A DNA stretch of 53,798 bases from IMG/VR virus record IMGVR_UViG_3300031576_001304, positions 1 to 53,798 of that record. One strand, 5' to 3'. Position 1 is the first letter of the stretch; each line of letters begins with the position of its first letter. The notes under the pieces are model-generated. The model was not told where the DNA came from. It made no database searches and saw only the letters and a list, made by a program, of their open reading frames with translations. This DNA is from a virus (lineage: Duplodnaviria > Caudoviricetes). Made by a program: the position numbers and the translations under genes. Shown one piece after another: positions 1-9,563 of the stretch.

Positions 1-1089
1 TCACTGCACCTTCTCTCCGGCTGTAACCGGATTTGTAACTACCGAAGGTTGCTGCCCCATGTACGATTCCATCTTCGCGGCGGCGCTTTGCAGATCTCGC
101 CGGCTCACGATGTCGTACCGCCTGTAGACGCTCTCGGTTCTGTGCCCAGTGATCGACATGGCCACGTTGCGTGGAATGCCTGCGCGCTCCATGTTCCTCA
201 CTGCGGATCGTCGGAGGTCGTGGAACAGCAAGCCAGGGACTCCCGCGGCGGCGCAGGCCTTACTCCAGCCCTTCAGGTGTGAGCCGATCTGCCGGCCCAT
301 GTAGCTGAAGACCCACGGGCACGCCGACCACTTCTGGTCTCTCAGAGACCTCTGCATCTCCAGCCACGCTTTCATCTCGCCGTAGACCGGGAGTGTTCGC
401 GGCCGTTTGTTCTTGGTCTGGGATCCGGCCAGGCGGATTTCGCCGGCGGCTAGGTCGACTTGGTCCCATCGGAGCGACCGTAGTTCGCCGAGTCGGTTCC
501 CAAGGTGGAATCCGACCACCAAGAGCGGCTTCAGGTGCTGCGGAAGTGCGTCCCGGAGGGCGAGGTATTGCTCGTGTTCCAGGAACCCTTGGCGCGCGTT
601 GTCTTCTGGTAGGTGGGGTATGTGTGGGACGCGGGAGACGAGCGGCGGGTCCTGAGCGGCCCCAAGATTGAATGCACGCCGCAGTGCCGCGAGCTCCCGG
701 TTGATCGTAGCGTTACTGGTGCCCGCCCGCCGCCGGGCGTCGATATACGCCTGAGCCTTCGTACGGCCGAAGTCTGCGGCTCGGATATTGCCGACAGCCG
801 GTAGCAGGTGTTTCGTCACCCGCCATTGCAGCGACTTCAGGCTCCTGCGCTCGTGGCGCTCGTAGTCCTCGATGAGCAAGTTGAGCAACTGGCGGACGGC
901 GACTCTCTCAATACCGCCAACGAATTGTCCGGTGACGATTTCGCCAAACCGACGCTTCAGCAGCCGCAAGGCTTCTTCGCGAGTGGATCCGCCGCTCTCG
1001 TGGAATGACCTCCCGTTTCGGTGGTACTTGATCCACCAAACAGATCCCCGACGGTAGAGGCAGCCAGTTCCGCTTGGGCGCCGCGTCAT
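1..1089 (-). CDS. int: Tyrosine recombinase (phage integrase)
   Basis: Catalytic residues R (GNRLGEL), K (TKNK), HDLRR, TGH and Y (RRY). Start placed at ATG 1089 (MTRRPSGTG), which overlaps the upstream TAA. Confidence 0.95.
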   Translation of the reverse strand: MTRRPSGTGCLYRRGSVWWIKYHRNGRSFHESGGSTREEALRLLKRRFGEIVTGQFVGGIERVAVRQLLNLLIEDYERHERRSLKSLQWRVTKHLLPAVGNIRAADFGRTKAQAYIDARRRAGTSNATINRELAALRRAFNLGAAQDPPLVSRVPHIPHLPEDNARQGFLEHEQYLALRDALPQHLKPLLVVGFHLGNRLGELRSLRWDQVDLAAGEIRLAGSQTKNKRPRTLPVYGEMKAWLEMQRSLRDQKWSACPWVFSYMGRQIGSHLKGWSKACAAAGVPGLLFHDLRRSAVRNMERAGIPRNVAMSITGHRTESVYRRYDIVSRRDLQSAAAKMESYMGQQPSVVTNPVTAGEKVQ

Positions 1090-1367
1090 TACGCTGCCTT
1101 CGCCTCGTCGATGACCCGATCTATGTCTTTTGTGTCCAGAAAGACCCGACCATCGAGCCTGACCGCCGGCAGTTTGCCGGCAGCCACCATGTGGCGCACG
1201 GAATACTCTGACCGCGAGAGGTACTCCGCGGCCTGCGGGACGGTCATTAACCGTGGCTGTCCCGCATCCGGTCGCAGTCTCGCCAGGACTCGCTCGGCGA
1301 CGCGATCCGCCAGGTCGTCGAGCAGCCTGGTCAGGCTGGAATCGCCAAGCCTTGTGCCTTGTGACAC
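1089..1367 (-). CDS. Excisionase-like HTH (HTH_17) DNA-binding protein
   Basis: LMTVPQAAEYLSRS...GKLPAVRLDGRV motif; translationally coupled to the integrase. Confidence 0.85.
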   Translation of the reverse strand: MSQGTRLGDSSLTRLLDDLADRVAERVLARLRPDAGQPRLMTVPQAAEYLSRSEYSVRHMVAAGKLPAVRLDGRVFLDTKDIDRVIDEAKAA

Positions 1368-1630
1368 ATTTCCCCGCTTGCCGGTTTTCGCTTCTTCCCG
1401 TAGTAGCGGTGCTTGATACGCACGCTATCTTGACGGATGGCTCGCGCGATGTCATTGCGACCGTAGACCTCACACAGACGTGCGCACCGCTCGCGCTCTT
1501 CTACGACCTGAAGCACAACGGCCTCAGAAACCAGGGCTCCCAGAACATCAACCAGGAGACTCTTGTCGCCTGTCAAAACACGCGTCTTCAAACCTGCCTT
1601 CTTCATTTGTGAACCCAGGAACCAGGCCAA
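1331..1630 (-). CDS. Hypothetical protein
   Basis: ORF fills the gap between dnaB and xis on the operon strand. Confidence 0.5.
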   Translation of the reverse strand: MAWFLGSQMKKAGLKTRVLTGDKSLLVDVLGALVSEAVVLQVVEERERCARLCEVYGRNDIARAIRQDSVRIKHRYYGKKRKPASGEMCHKAQGLAIPA

Positions 1631-1686
1631 CTGCGATTATTCTATCATCCCAACCACGAATTTGTTAACCCAGAACCGGCAAAAAG

Positions 1687-3054
1687 CTACTCGGCTTCTT
1701 CTGGGACATCCAACTCAGCGCGATTCGCAAACAGCGTGAAGTCGCGCAAGAACACCAGTTTAGCCGTGCCGGTTGGACCGTTCCGTTGCTTTGCCAAGAT
1801 GAGGTCTGCCAAGCCACGCAGGTCTTCCCGGTCTGGCTTGTAGTATTCCTCTCGGAAGATGAACGCCACCACGTCGGCGTCCTGCTCGATGTTCCCCGAC
1901 TCCCTCAAGTCCGAGAGCCTGGGCCGGTGGTCTTCCCTCGTTTCCGGCCCGCGGCTCAACTGCGAAAGGGTGACGATGGGGACGTTCAGGTCCTTCGCCG
2001 CAAGTTTCAGGCCCCTGGTCATGATCCCCAGTTCCTGGTTGCGGTTGTCGGCTCTACGGCCGGTATCCATGAGTTGGAGATAGTCGATGATCGCCAGGTC
2101 CAGGCCCTGCTCCATCTTGAGGCGTCGGAGCTTGGAAAGTATGTCCATCACGGAGCACGTGGCTGAGTCGTCGATATACAACTTCGACTCCACAATGTCC
2201 GTCGCTGCTAGGCTGAGCCGCCTCCTCTCATCCTGGTTCAACATGGCACCCCTCACCTTTTGGGAGTCCACCCGGCCCGCCGCCGTTATCATTCGCACCA
2301 TCAACGTTACGCGTGACATCTCCAGCGAGAAGATCGCAACCGCCTTGCGTTGAGACACTGCGGCGTAGGCGGCGATGTTCAGTGCCATGGCGGTTTTCCC
2401 CGCACCTGGACGCGCTGCAATGATCGACAACTCCCCAGGCTGAAAGCCTCCTGTCAATTCGTCGAACGTGCGGAACCCGGACCGCACTCCATTGGAAACG
2501 GTTCCCTGATCGAGCAAGCCTTGGAGACCGCCGGGGTAGTTCTCGATGATGGACATGGCTGAAAGCAGGTCACTGCCAGGCAATTCCTGACTGATACCCA
2601 GGATTCTGTCGCTCGCCTCCTGGACCAGCACATCTCCCTGCCGCTGGTCCATGAGGGCTTCGTTGAGGATGTTGTTGGCAGCGAATGCCAGGCGCCTCTT
2701 GATGGCCTTGTCCTTAATGAGGCGGATGTAGCTGTCGAGGTTGTACAGGCGCGGTAGGCCGTCGTCGAGCGTAACGAGGTAGGAGAGGCCGCCAACGGTT
2801 TCCAGCTTTCTCTGTGTCAGCAGTTCGTTAGAGACCGTGATACGGTCGATCCTCTCGCCCCGCTCGCAAAGGACCTGCATCACCGAGAAGATTCGCCGGT
2901 GCGCCTCCGTGGTGAAGTCGTCCGGCCCCAGGCCACCGGCGACCACGGGGAAGTTGGTGTCGTCGAGCAGAACCGATCCGAGCACGAGCTTCTCGGCTTC
3001 CAGGTTCGATGGGAGCCCGCGCTCAAGGGCTACATTCTGCATCGTTGTCTCCAT
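1687..3054 (-). CDS. dnaB: Replicative DNA helicase DnaB
   Basis: Walker A ARPGAGKT, FSLEM, IIDYLQLM, LSQLSR, LRESGNIEQDAD, KQRNGPTG; full length, no intein. Confidence 0.97.
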   Translation of the reverse strand: METTMQNVALERGLPSNLEAEKLVLGSVLLDDTNFPVVAGGLGPDDFTTEAHRRIFSVMQVLCERGERIDRITVSNELLTQRKLETVGGLSYLVTLDDGLPRLYNLDSYIRLIKDKAIKRRLAFAANNILNEALMDQRQGDVLVQEASDRILGISQELPGSDLLSAMSIIENYPGGLQGLLDQGTVSNGVRSGFRTFDELTGGFQPGELSIIAARPGAGKTAMALNIAAYAAVSQRKAVAIFSLEMSRVTLMVRMITAAGRVDSQKVRGAMLNQDERRRLSLAATDIVESKLYIDDSATCSVMDILSKLRRLKMEQGLDLAIIDYLQLMDTGRRADNRNQELGIMTRGLKLAAKDLNVPIVTLSQLSRGPETREDHRPRLSDLRESGNIEQDADVVAFIFREEYYKPDREDLRGLADLILAKQRNGPTGTAKLVFLRDFTLFANRAELDVPEEAE

Positions 3055-4189
3055 TCAGCTTCAGCGTGAAGGCGGGGGTGATCTTGGCGATAACCCGAAG
3101 AGCCTCGGGCATTCCGGCGCGCTTCTTGGCCTTGGCGAACGACTTCAGCTTCGCGCTGCTTACCGTCAGGGAGCCGAGCGGAATATCCCAGTCCGGCGAG
3201 ACGGTTGGCAAATCACCGAACCCGAACAGCCGTAGAACCTTGTCCATTGCGAACTCCGTTCGCTCACCCGGCACGAGCTCAGCCGCCATTCCGCCTCCCA
3301 AGTCCACCTTGCCGGCGTTCTGGAGGTAGGTTCTCAGTGCGTCTTCCGCCTTCGACACCCAGGACTTCCCGGCCTTCAGGCGAAGCGCCAGGGCGCGCGC
3401 GTCTTCGGTCGTCTGCAATGGGCCGATGTCCAGGGTTCCCTTGGCGACGTCGGCCCGCAGCGGGCACGTGAACGTGCAGAAACCGCACAATCCGGCGTTG
3501 GGGTTGACAGGCATCTCTTCGGCGCGTCCGAAGGCATCGATGATCGACCCGATGTGTCGACGTGCGGCAATGACTTGGGCTTGCATCCATTCCATGTCCC
3601 CGCGCTGGAAGCTCACGCTCTTGGGTGCCCTGGCGCGGATGAACTCCCAGTCGAACCGGACGGCTTCCACCCAGGGGAAGTGGGCGAAAACCAACGTGGC
3701 GTAGTGGAGCGCCTCGTACTCGTCCATCGCACCCCACCCAGTCTTGTAGTCGTCTATCACGGCTTCGGCGCCGTGGACCGACAGCAGGTCGATGGTGCCG
3801 TGTGCAAGGGCCGCCTCCGGCCTCTCCCCAGGAGTTCCGCCGATGCGCATGTCCAGTGGACGGAACTGCTCATCGACGGAGAGGAACAACTCGGCGGCGA
3901 AGACCTTCCTCGGGTCGATCGAGAAGGTCTCCATATCGTCGAGCACGAGGGGGAGCGCCCACTCGCCGATCTGCAAGGCTTCGAGCCTGCCCATGATCCA
4001 TTCCTGGTCGGAGTGTTTTCCGGTGGCGATCAGGTGATCGACATAACCACGTCGGTAGCGGTGGAAGTCGGTGCCGGCTTCCGCCGGCCGACTTTGAGTG
4101 GTGAGCGCACCACCGGAAAGATGCGACAGTGCGAAGAACCGCGGACAGCCCGCGGCCTTCGCCAGCGACTTTGAGACAGAGAGATTCAT
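3023..4189 (-). CDS. PD-(D/E)XK exonuclease, Cas4/RecB-like, probable Fe-S cluster
   Basis: GTIDLL...IDDYKTG core; N-terminal CPR plus C-terminal CGFCTFTC; ATGA overlap at 4186-4189. Confidence 0.8.
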   Translation of the reverse strand: MNLSVSKSLAKAAGCPRFFALSHLSGGALTTQSRPAEAGTDFHRYRRGYVDHLIATGKHSDQEWIMGRLEALQIGEWALPLVLDDMETFSIDPRKVFAAELFLSVDEQFRPLDMRIGGTPGERPEAALAHGTIDLLSVHGAEAVIDDYKTGWGAMDEYEALHYATLVFAHFPWVEAVRFDWEFIRARAPKSVSFQRGDMEWMQAQVIAARRHIGSIIDAFGRAEEMPVNPNAGLCGFCTFTCPLRADVAKGTLDIGPLQTTEDARALALRLKAGKSWVSKAEDALRTYLQNAGKVDLGGGMAAELVPGERTEFAMDKVLRLFGFGDLPTVSPDWDIPLGSLTVSSAKLKSFAKAKKRAGMPEALRVIAKITPAFTLKLNGDNDAECSP

Positions 4190-5442
4190 GCTCCCGCTCC
4201 GTTCTTGTCCGCTGCATCCTTGGCTGCTAGGAGTGCGCCTTCCTTGGTCCCCTGGAAGGTGGCGAGCCACGCCTCCGAGTCCACCGGCTTGATGCCTTGC
4301 CCGCGGAACAAGCACGCCTGAAGCACGCTCAGTTCGAGGGGCGTGAAATCCGCAGGTGTCAGCCCGCGCTTCGGCCCGTTCGATCCGATGATCTCCGGCA
4401 CCCAGTCTTCGCGGTCTTCGTGCGCCGAAGCCTCGGCGATCTTCTCAACCAGATCGCGAACGACCTGCTTCACGTCCTTCCGGTTGAGCAGCAAACAGCC
4501 CGCTACGTTCTCGACGGCGTGCGCCTTGAGAATCTCCGCGCCAGCGTCCTTCGAGCCGGTCAGTTCCTCCAGTTGCCACAGGAGATCCGACAGTACCTCG
4601 GCGGCGGCGTTCCGGTCCGTCATCCGCGCCCAGGCCGCCCTGACGCTCTCGGTGGCGTCGTCGCCGTTCTGCTGGCCGTTCACGGCCCCGTTCTGTTGTG
4701 GCGCCTGGCGCGGTGTCCCCTTGAGCCAGTCCGCGAACACCTGGAAGTCGGTCGCCTTGGGCTGGTCGATCACTTTCGGCATCTGTGGGCACCGGGTCTT
4801 GTCCAGCACGAACTCGTTGTGCTCGGTCATCGTTCCGACGAGATCGAATTCGTACTCCAACCCGTCTCGCTGCACCGGTGCCAGTCCGACCTTGACGCGC
4901 TTCGTCTTCTTCACGCCGTGCTGGTTCACGAACTCCTCGGTGGTGTACTCGTTTTTGGTCCGCATCGTACAGATGACGTGCAACGGCGAAGCCAGCATCC
5001 GATCCACCATCCGGCGCTCGTTGGGCTGCCAGTCCTTCCACCCACCGAATTTGTCGCCGCTTTTCTTGCTGCGGGTGTCGACGAACTCCAGGGCGCCATC
5101 CTTTCCCATCCAGAAGTGGCTCAGCGAGTCGCAGAAGAACACGACATAACCGGCGATCTCGGCGGCGGCCAGGGACTCCAGGAAGACCTCGTGTGAGAAG
5201 CTGTCCGGTTCCAGGACATCGAAATCGAATGTGTACACGTTGTCGGCCAGGCCCCCGTCCGGTGGGGCGTACTTCGACAGGGCGCCGTGCTCGGTGTCCA
5301 CTCCGCAAATACCGCCGTCCTTGCCGGCCAGCAGCCGGGCAATCCTGAGTAGCGTCAGGCTCTTTCCGCTGCCGGCCGGCCCGACCAGCGCAACGCGGGC
5401 GCGGGCATCGTTCTTGACAGCTTTCCTAAATGCAATCTGCAT
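4186..5442 (-). CDS. AAA_24 / Sak4-like recombination ATPase
   Basis: GPAGSGKS, DTEHG, DSLSHFW, QRDGLEYEFD, KTRC; paired with the exonuclease. Confidence 0.85.
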   Translation of the reverse strand: MQIAFRKAVKNDARARVALVGPAGSGKSLTLLRIARLLAGKDGGICGVDTEHGALSKYAPPDGGLADNVYTFDFDVLEPDSFSHEVFLESLAAAEIAGYVVFFCDSLSHFWMGKDGALEFVDTRSKKSGDKFGGWKDWQPNERRMVDRMLASPLHVICTMRTKNEYTTEEFVNQHGVKKTKRVKVGLAPVQRDGLEYEFDLVGTMTEHNEFVLDKTRCPQMPKVIDQPKATDFQVFADWLKGTPRQAPQQNGAVNGQQNGDDATESVRAAWARMTDRNAAAEVLSDLLWQLEELTGSKDAGAEILKAHAVENVAGCLLLNRKDVKQVVRDLVEKIAEASAHEDREDWVPEIIGSNGPKRGLTPADFTPLELSVLQACLFRGQGIKPVDSEAWLATFQGTKEGALLAAKDAADKNGAGA

Positions 5443-5494
5443 GTTTTGGTTCTCCTTAGCGGGGCAAATTGAATCGTTGGTGGGGGTTGGCGGG

Positions 5495-5809
5495 CTATTT
5501 TAGCCTGGGGCAGCGAGGTTTGTGAACCCGCATTTCGCGGGCGCTGAAGTCTTGCCCGCAGTACGGACACGGACGAAACACTTTCTTCGGGCCAGAATAC
5601 GTTCTTCGTGTCCTAGCCGAGATACTCCCCTTCAAAGACATGGTGAGATCCTTCGGGAAATAGTTCAATACCATTTCCCGGCCATGGGGTGTTCTCCAAA
5701 GCTTCTTGATTACCTTCACGGCTGCGCCGAGGGTCGCGAGCTCCTCTGAAGTGACACGGGGAACGTCGCTTGCTGCTTTCGGTCCTCGCACTGTATGGCA
5801 GGTTGGCAC
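5495..5809 (-). CDS. Hypothetical protein with C-terminal C2HC zinc finger; start uncertain
   Basis: CPYC-x11-H-x3-C near the C-terminus. Confidence 0.5.
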   Translation of the reverse strand: MPTCHTVRGPKAASDVPRVTSEELATLGAAVKVIKKLWRTPHGREMVLNYFPKDLTMSLKGSISARTRRTYSGPKKVFRPCPYCGQDFSAREMRVHKPRCPRLK

Positions 5810-5863
5810 GACAGGTGCTGCCGTGTCAACCTACCCCAATGGAGTGCCGGGATACGCGCGTCC

Positions 5864-6790
5864 CTACTCCTCGTCGAAGGTGATACAGCGGTTGGCGCCC
5901 TCGACCACCAGCGTGTCCAGGGTGGCCTTGATGTCCGACAGGCTGCTCTGGACTCCCGCGCGAAGGGATTCGTTGCTTCTGAGCTTGTCCGCATCGAGGC
6001 CTTCGAGCAGACTCACCGCTTGGTCAACGAGTCCTTTCAACTGCTGGTCGTCTGTGATGTTTCGGGCGTCGAAGGTTCGCAGGAATTCGGCCAAGTTTTC
6101 GACCGTGGTCTTGTGGAAGGTCTTTTTCTTGCCGTCCGCTCCCGGCTCCAGGCGCTCCACCATGTGGGTAACCAGCTCCTGCATCGTGGCGCGGAGAAGC
6201 TGCTGGATTTCGTTCGTTGCCTCGGCGACCTTCGCGGCCATCTTGTCGCGCTCGGCCTCGAAAAAAGCGGCGCTGATCTCGCGCAGTTTTCCGGGCGTAG
6301 TGAACGTCACGTACTGCCACTCCAGTGTGAACGCCGACCGGACCTTCCCCTCGGACGGATAGTCATCCGGGTTGTACAGATCCTGGAGCTTTGCGGCGGC
6401 TTCCTGCTTCCGCTGCTCGTACGCGGCCAGGAAGTCGTCCACGAGCTTCTGCCGGCTGACGTTGTAGTCGTGCAGGGTGTTCTCCACGTTTGGGACCAGC
6501 GTCATTGGCAGCAGGAAGATTCCCGACTTCATCATCGACGGCAAGCAGAGTTTGTACAGGTACGTGCGGATCTCTCCGTCGAGCTTGCGGATGGCCCTCA
6601 ACTCCGGCGAGTCGAGCAATTGCTTGGACGCCGCGATCCACGCCTTGTCCGCGTCCACATCGACCTGGGACGCCGAGATCTTGCGGCGATTTCCGATGGC
6701 TCCGAATGTGACCGTGAGGCTCACGGCGCGGTCAAAGATGCTGCCTTGGGGTTGGGTGTCCGGGGACACCGGTAGTGTCGTAGCTTCCAT
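5864..6790 (-). CDS. DUF3150-like helical protein
   Basis: Strong RBS (AAAGGAG); ASKQLLD, LCLP, GIFLLP and YNPDDYP pattern typical of this phage/ICE family. Confidence 0.6.
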   Translation of the reverse strand: MEATTLPVSPDTQPQGSIFDRAVSLTVTFGAIGNRRKISASQVDVDADKAWIAASKQLLDSPELRAIRKLDGEIRTYLYKLCLPSMMKSGIFLLPMTLVPNVENTLHDYNVSRQKLVDDFLAAYEQRKQEAAAKLQDLYNPDDYPSEGKVRSAFTLEWQYVTFTTPGKLREISAAFFEAERDKMAAKVAEATNEIQQLLRATMQELVTHMVERLEPGADGKKKTFHKTTVENLAEFLRTFDARNITDDQQLKGLVDQAVSLLEGLDADKLRSNESLRAGVQSSLSDIKATLDTLVVEGANRCITFDEE

Positions 6791-6816
6791 TGACTCTCCT
6801 TTTCTGGGGTTGGTTT

Positions 6817-7035
6817 TTAGGAATTCGGAAGGCGCTCGTCCCGCGCGGCAATCTGCCGGCGGTAGGCTTCCGGGCTGAGGCCCAGTAATTCAGCAGCGAG
6901 CACGTTGGACAGCGCGCCCATGGCTCCCATGGAAAACTCCATGAGAGACTCGCTATCAACTTTGCGCCAGTAGGCGTACTCGGCGACGAGCAGGTCGCCA
7001 AGCTCGCGCCTGATCCGGGTCTCTTCGGCGCTCAT
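6817..7035 (-). CDS. Hypothetical protein (MSAEETRIRRELG...)
   Basis: ATGA overlap with the upstream gene; RBS GAGGGAG. Confidence 0.6.
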   Translation of the reverse strand: MSAEETRIRRELGDLLVAEYAYWRKVDSESLMEFSMGAMGALSNVLAAELLGLSPEAYRRQIAARDERLPNS

Positions 7036-7238
7036 TGATTCTCCCTCGCGTGCTCGTGCTGGTGGGTGTGGTGCAGCGCGTACGGCCGCTTCTGGCGCGT
7101 CGTCTGGCCGCCGGCCAGCCGTGCCATGAATTGCAAGAAGGCTTCCGCGTTCTGGTGGTTGGCGGCGCTGACCTTGCCGGTCGTCGTCTTGATTGTCCCG
7201 TCCTCGGTAATCTCGATCTCCAGGGTGTCGTTGTTCAT
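7032..7238 (-). CDS. DUF2997-like small protein with His-rich tail
   Basis: LEIEITEDGTIKTTT...G pattern; same operon as DUF1257 and the Ycf46-like ATPase. Confidence 0.6.
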   Translation of the reverse strand: MNNDTLEIEITEDGTIKTTTGKVSAANHQNAEAFLQFMARLAGGQTTRQKRPYALHHTHQHEHARENQ

Positions 7239-7465
7239 GCTCTCCCTCGCTTTTTTGCCAACAACTTCTCTTCTCGCGCAACGCGGGCGGCGATCTTGGC
7301 TCCAGTTTCGAAGATGCAATCGTACGGTACCGTGTAGCCCGTTCGCCTGCCCTTCTCCCGGATGAACAGGGAGTGGGTTCCGAGTTCGATTGAGAGATGG
7401 CGCTCTCGGTAGGTGGCCTCCGTCTCGAAGCGCGCCCGTGTTTTCCGAACGGCGATCCGGCTCAT
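7235..7465 (-). CDS. Hypothetical protein (MSRIAVRK...)
   Basis: ATGA overlaps on both sides; RBS GGAG. Confidence 0.65.
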   Translation of the reverse strand: MSRIAVRKTRARFETEATYRERHLSIELGTHSLFIREKGRRTGYTVPYDCIFETGAKIAARVAREEKLLAKKRGRA

Positions 7466-7659
7466 GCCGCTTTCTCCCTCCGGCAGTCGTGGACAACGGC
7501 CCCTAACTTCACTAACCGGCCAACCTGGATGTCCGCGTCTCCGTCGTCCAGGCCTGCCATGATCGGCCGCCAGTCGCCGGTCTTGTTGCTCTCGAACTGG
7601 AAGCAGCCAGGCTCTTTCAGGTCGGGCCGCAACCGGAATGCTCCGCTCGGCGCTTTCAT
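7462..7659 (-). CDS. Hypothetical protein (MKAPSGAF...)
   Basis: RBS AGGAGG; ATGA overlaps. Confidence 0.65.
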   Translation of the reverse strand: MKAPSGAFRLRPDLKEPGCFQFESNKTGDWRPIMAGLDDGDADIQVGRLVKLGAVVHDCRREKAA

Positions 7660-7979
7660 GCTGTCCTCCTGAGCGCCTGGTCGATTGACCAAGCCAGCGC
7701 AGCGGCTTGTTTCTCAACCACCGCACACGCCTTGATCTCGGTTGTCGCTTGCTCGTTCGAGCAGGCTGGGCAGAACCACACGTCACCGACTCGCTTGGCG
7801 CAATCCGAACAAAACCACTGCCTGCAACCCCCGCAACGGAACTGAGTGCAGCCGTCACAGAGCCGGGCCCCACAGACCGAGCAGGCCCATGTCTCGTAGC
7901 CGGTTTCCTCGTCCACGGGTTCACCGTAGTGTCGCGCCCCGCAGTCGCACGTTCCGAGGTACATCATTCCAGAGTCCAT
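7656..7979 (-). CDS. Cys-rich zinc-binding protein
   Basis: CxC plus five CxxC motifs. Confidence 0.65.
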   Translation of the reverse strand: MDSGMMYLGTCDCGARHYGEPVDEETGYETWACSVCGARLCDGCTQFRCGGCRQWFCSDCAKRVGDVWFCPACSNEQATTEIKACAVVEKQAAALAWSIDQALRRTA

Positions 7980-8266
7980 TCGGCGACCGCCTCGCGGGCC
8001 TTGAGAATCAGGATGTCCAGGAATTCCTCTGTGTTCCCTGTGAGCTTGGACTTGACGCGCTCGCTAGGCGCGGCGATTCCTGCGACCATCTGAGCGAACT
8101 CCTTGGCCTTGTCCTTGACGCAGAACCGGATGTGGAGCGACGCGACGAATGTGCCGAGTACGGCCACCAAGCTCCACGTCGAGAACAAGACGATGAGCAC
8201 TCCGACCACGAACAGCGCGTGGTTGAGTTTGGTGATCGTGATTCCCGGCGGGTCGGGTTGCATCAT
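7964..8266 (-). CDS. Hypothetical membrane protein
   Basis: Long hydrophobic stretch (ALFVVGVLIVLFSTWSLVAVLGTFVASL); RBS AGGAGG. Confidence 0.65.
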   Translation of the reverse strand: MMQPDPPGITITKLNHALFVVGVLIVLFSTWSLVAVLGTFVASLHIRFCVKDKAKEFAQMVAGIAAPSERVKSKLTGNTEEFLDILILKAREAVAEWTLE

Positions 8267-8267
8267 T

Positions 8268-8612
8268 TCAGAACCTCCTCTGCGCCATCATCTGGCGCTC
8301 ACTGACCTTCTTGACGTTCCAGCCAAACCGCTTCGATGCGGCCAGGACTATCTGCGTCGAATAGGCCCGCTTGACGGCGTTCACGTGCTCGGGGGCGGCC
8401 CCGTTCGGTCCGCCGATCACTACCGTGCCATCCGTTTTGACCCGGATCGAGACCCGGTTGCCGTAGTGATCCGCCACGAGCGACGCGTCGAACTGTCGCG
8501 CATACTCCGGAGTGCCGACCGCGAACCCCAGGTTTTCCAGCGCAGCCCGGAGCATGTCGAGGTTCGGGTTCTTCAGGTCGAGCGTCGTTTCAATCTTGTT
8601 CCAGCACGGCAT
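8268..8612 (-). CDS. DUF1257 / Ycf35-like protein
   Basis: TTLDLKNPNLDMLRAALENLGF...RAYS...ASKRFGWNV pattern; linked to the Ycf46-like ATPase. Confidence 0.65.
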   Translation of the reverse strand: MPCWNKIETTLDLKNPNLDMLRAALENLGFAVGTPEYARQFDASLVADHYGNRVSIRVKTDGTVVIGGPNGAAPEHVNAVKRAYSTQIVLAASKRFGWNVKKVSERQMMAQRRF

Positions 8613-9363
8613 CGAAGACCTCCTTGGGAAATGAAAAACTCATCCAAGGGGCGTACAGCGCCCCGTTGATCTTGCAGATACTCAACACAAGCGGGTCTAT
8701 GTCCTGACCGTGCAGCCTCAGGCTGTAGTTGCTCGCGTGGAGCAACATCCGACCCGTGCCGATGCACGGATCACAGACCGTCTTCGCGCGGTGGTCGCCG
8801 TCGCCGAACGTCATCTGAACCATGCACTCGACGACGTTGTGGGGCGTTGGGTAGAACCCCGTGTTGTTCCACTTGTTCGACTTACGCTCCGAGAGCATGG
8901 TTCCAAGGTGGTCGTAGGGTGCGACGACGACCGGGCCGACGTTGAACTGCCGGTAGAGCTTCTCTTCGGTGTCATGGTCCATTCCGCGGTCCTCGTCGGA
9001 TACGGCCAGCGCGAAGGCCAACCAATCGACCAGACGGCGGAAACTCTCGAACGAGCCGTAGCGGTGCTCGATGATCGAGACCGCGCCATCGAGTTGCTTC
9101 ATGGCCTCGTGGTCGGGGCCGTCGAGGAACCGAATCTGCGGGATTGGCTCGTCGAGCAGACGGCCGGCTTCGCGTGTACGGAAGTAGTAACCCCACCTGT
9201 CCGGCACGTCCGGGTGCCGAGCGTGAATCTCAATCACGTACCAGAGCAACCACCCGCGGTAACGCCACGGCGCGACGGCGTCACCCAGGCGCGGGAGCCG
9301 GCCTGTTTGGGTGGTGAAGGCGATCAGGTCTGGTGTGGGTGGGGGCGCGGGAAGCGCGCTCAC
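8590..9363 (-). CDS. N6-methyltransferase-like SAM-binding protein lacking the NPPY motif
   Basis: GFYPTP (motif X), DPCIGTGRML (motif I), GQDID (motif II); ends before motif IV. Confidence 0.7.
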   Translation of the reverse strand: MSALPAPPPTPDLIAFTTQTGRLPRLGDAVAPWRYRGWLLWYVIEIHARHPDVPDRWGYYFRTREAGRLLDEPIPQIRFLDGPDHEAMKQLDGAVSIIEHRYGSFESFRRLVDWLAFALAVSDEDRGMDHDTEEKLYRQFNVGPVVVAPYDHLGTMLSERKSNKWNNTGFYPTPHNVVECMVQMTFGDGDHRAKTVCDPCIGTGRMLLHASNYSLRLHGQDIDPLVLSICKINGALYAPWMSFSFPKEVFDAVLEQD

Positions 9364-9560
9364 TCGTCGCGCGGAGACTGCATGCGCCGTTCCTGTATCT
9401 CGGTTTTGGCGATCAGTTCGCCGCGGAATTGAATGGCGAGCTCGCGGATTTCCAGGCAGTCGTCGCGCAAGGCGGCGAGGAACACGTCTTCCGATTCATG
9501 GAAGTGGTGATCCGCGAAGGCGCGCGTGTAGGTCAGCAGGGCACGGACACGATTTCTCAT
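9360..9560 (-). CDS. Hypothetical protein
   Basis: ATGA coupling; RBS GGAGG. Confidence 0.6.
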   Translation of the reverse strand: MRNRVRALLTYTRAFADHHFHESEDVFLAALRDDCLEIRELAIQFRGELIAKTEIQERRMQSPRDE

Positions 9561-9563
9561 TCG

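Noticed and set aside
1090-1473. N-terminal 128-aa extension of the integrase in the ORF track
   Set aside because: It overlaps the excisionase gene; ATG 1089 with a TAATG overlap fits better
1687-3054. Intein or intron in DnaB or the terminase
   Set aside because: Both proteins have normal length and contiguous motifs
3023-4189. CRISPR-associated Cas4 or a CRISPR array
   Set aside because: No repeat-spacer array or other cas genes seen; the pairing with a Sak4-like ATPase indicates a recombination exonuclease
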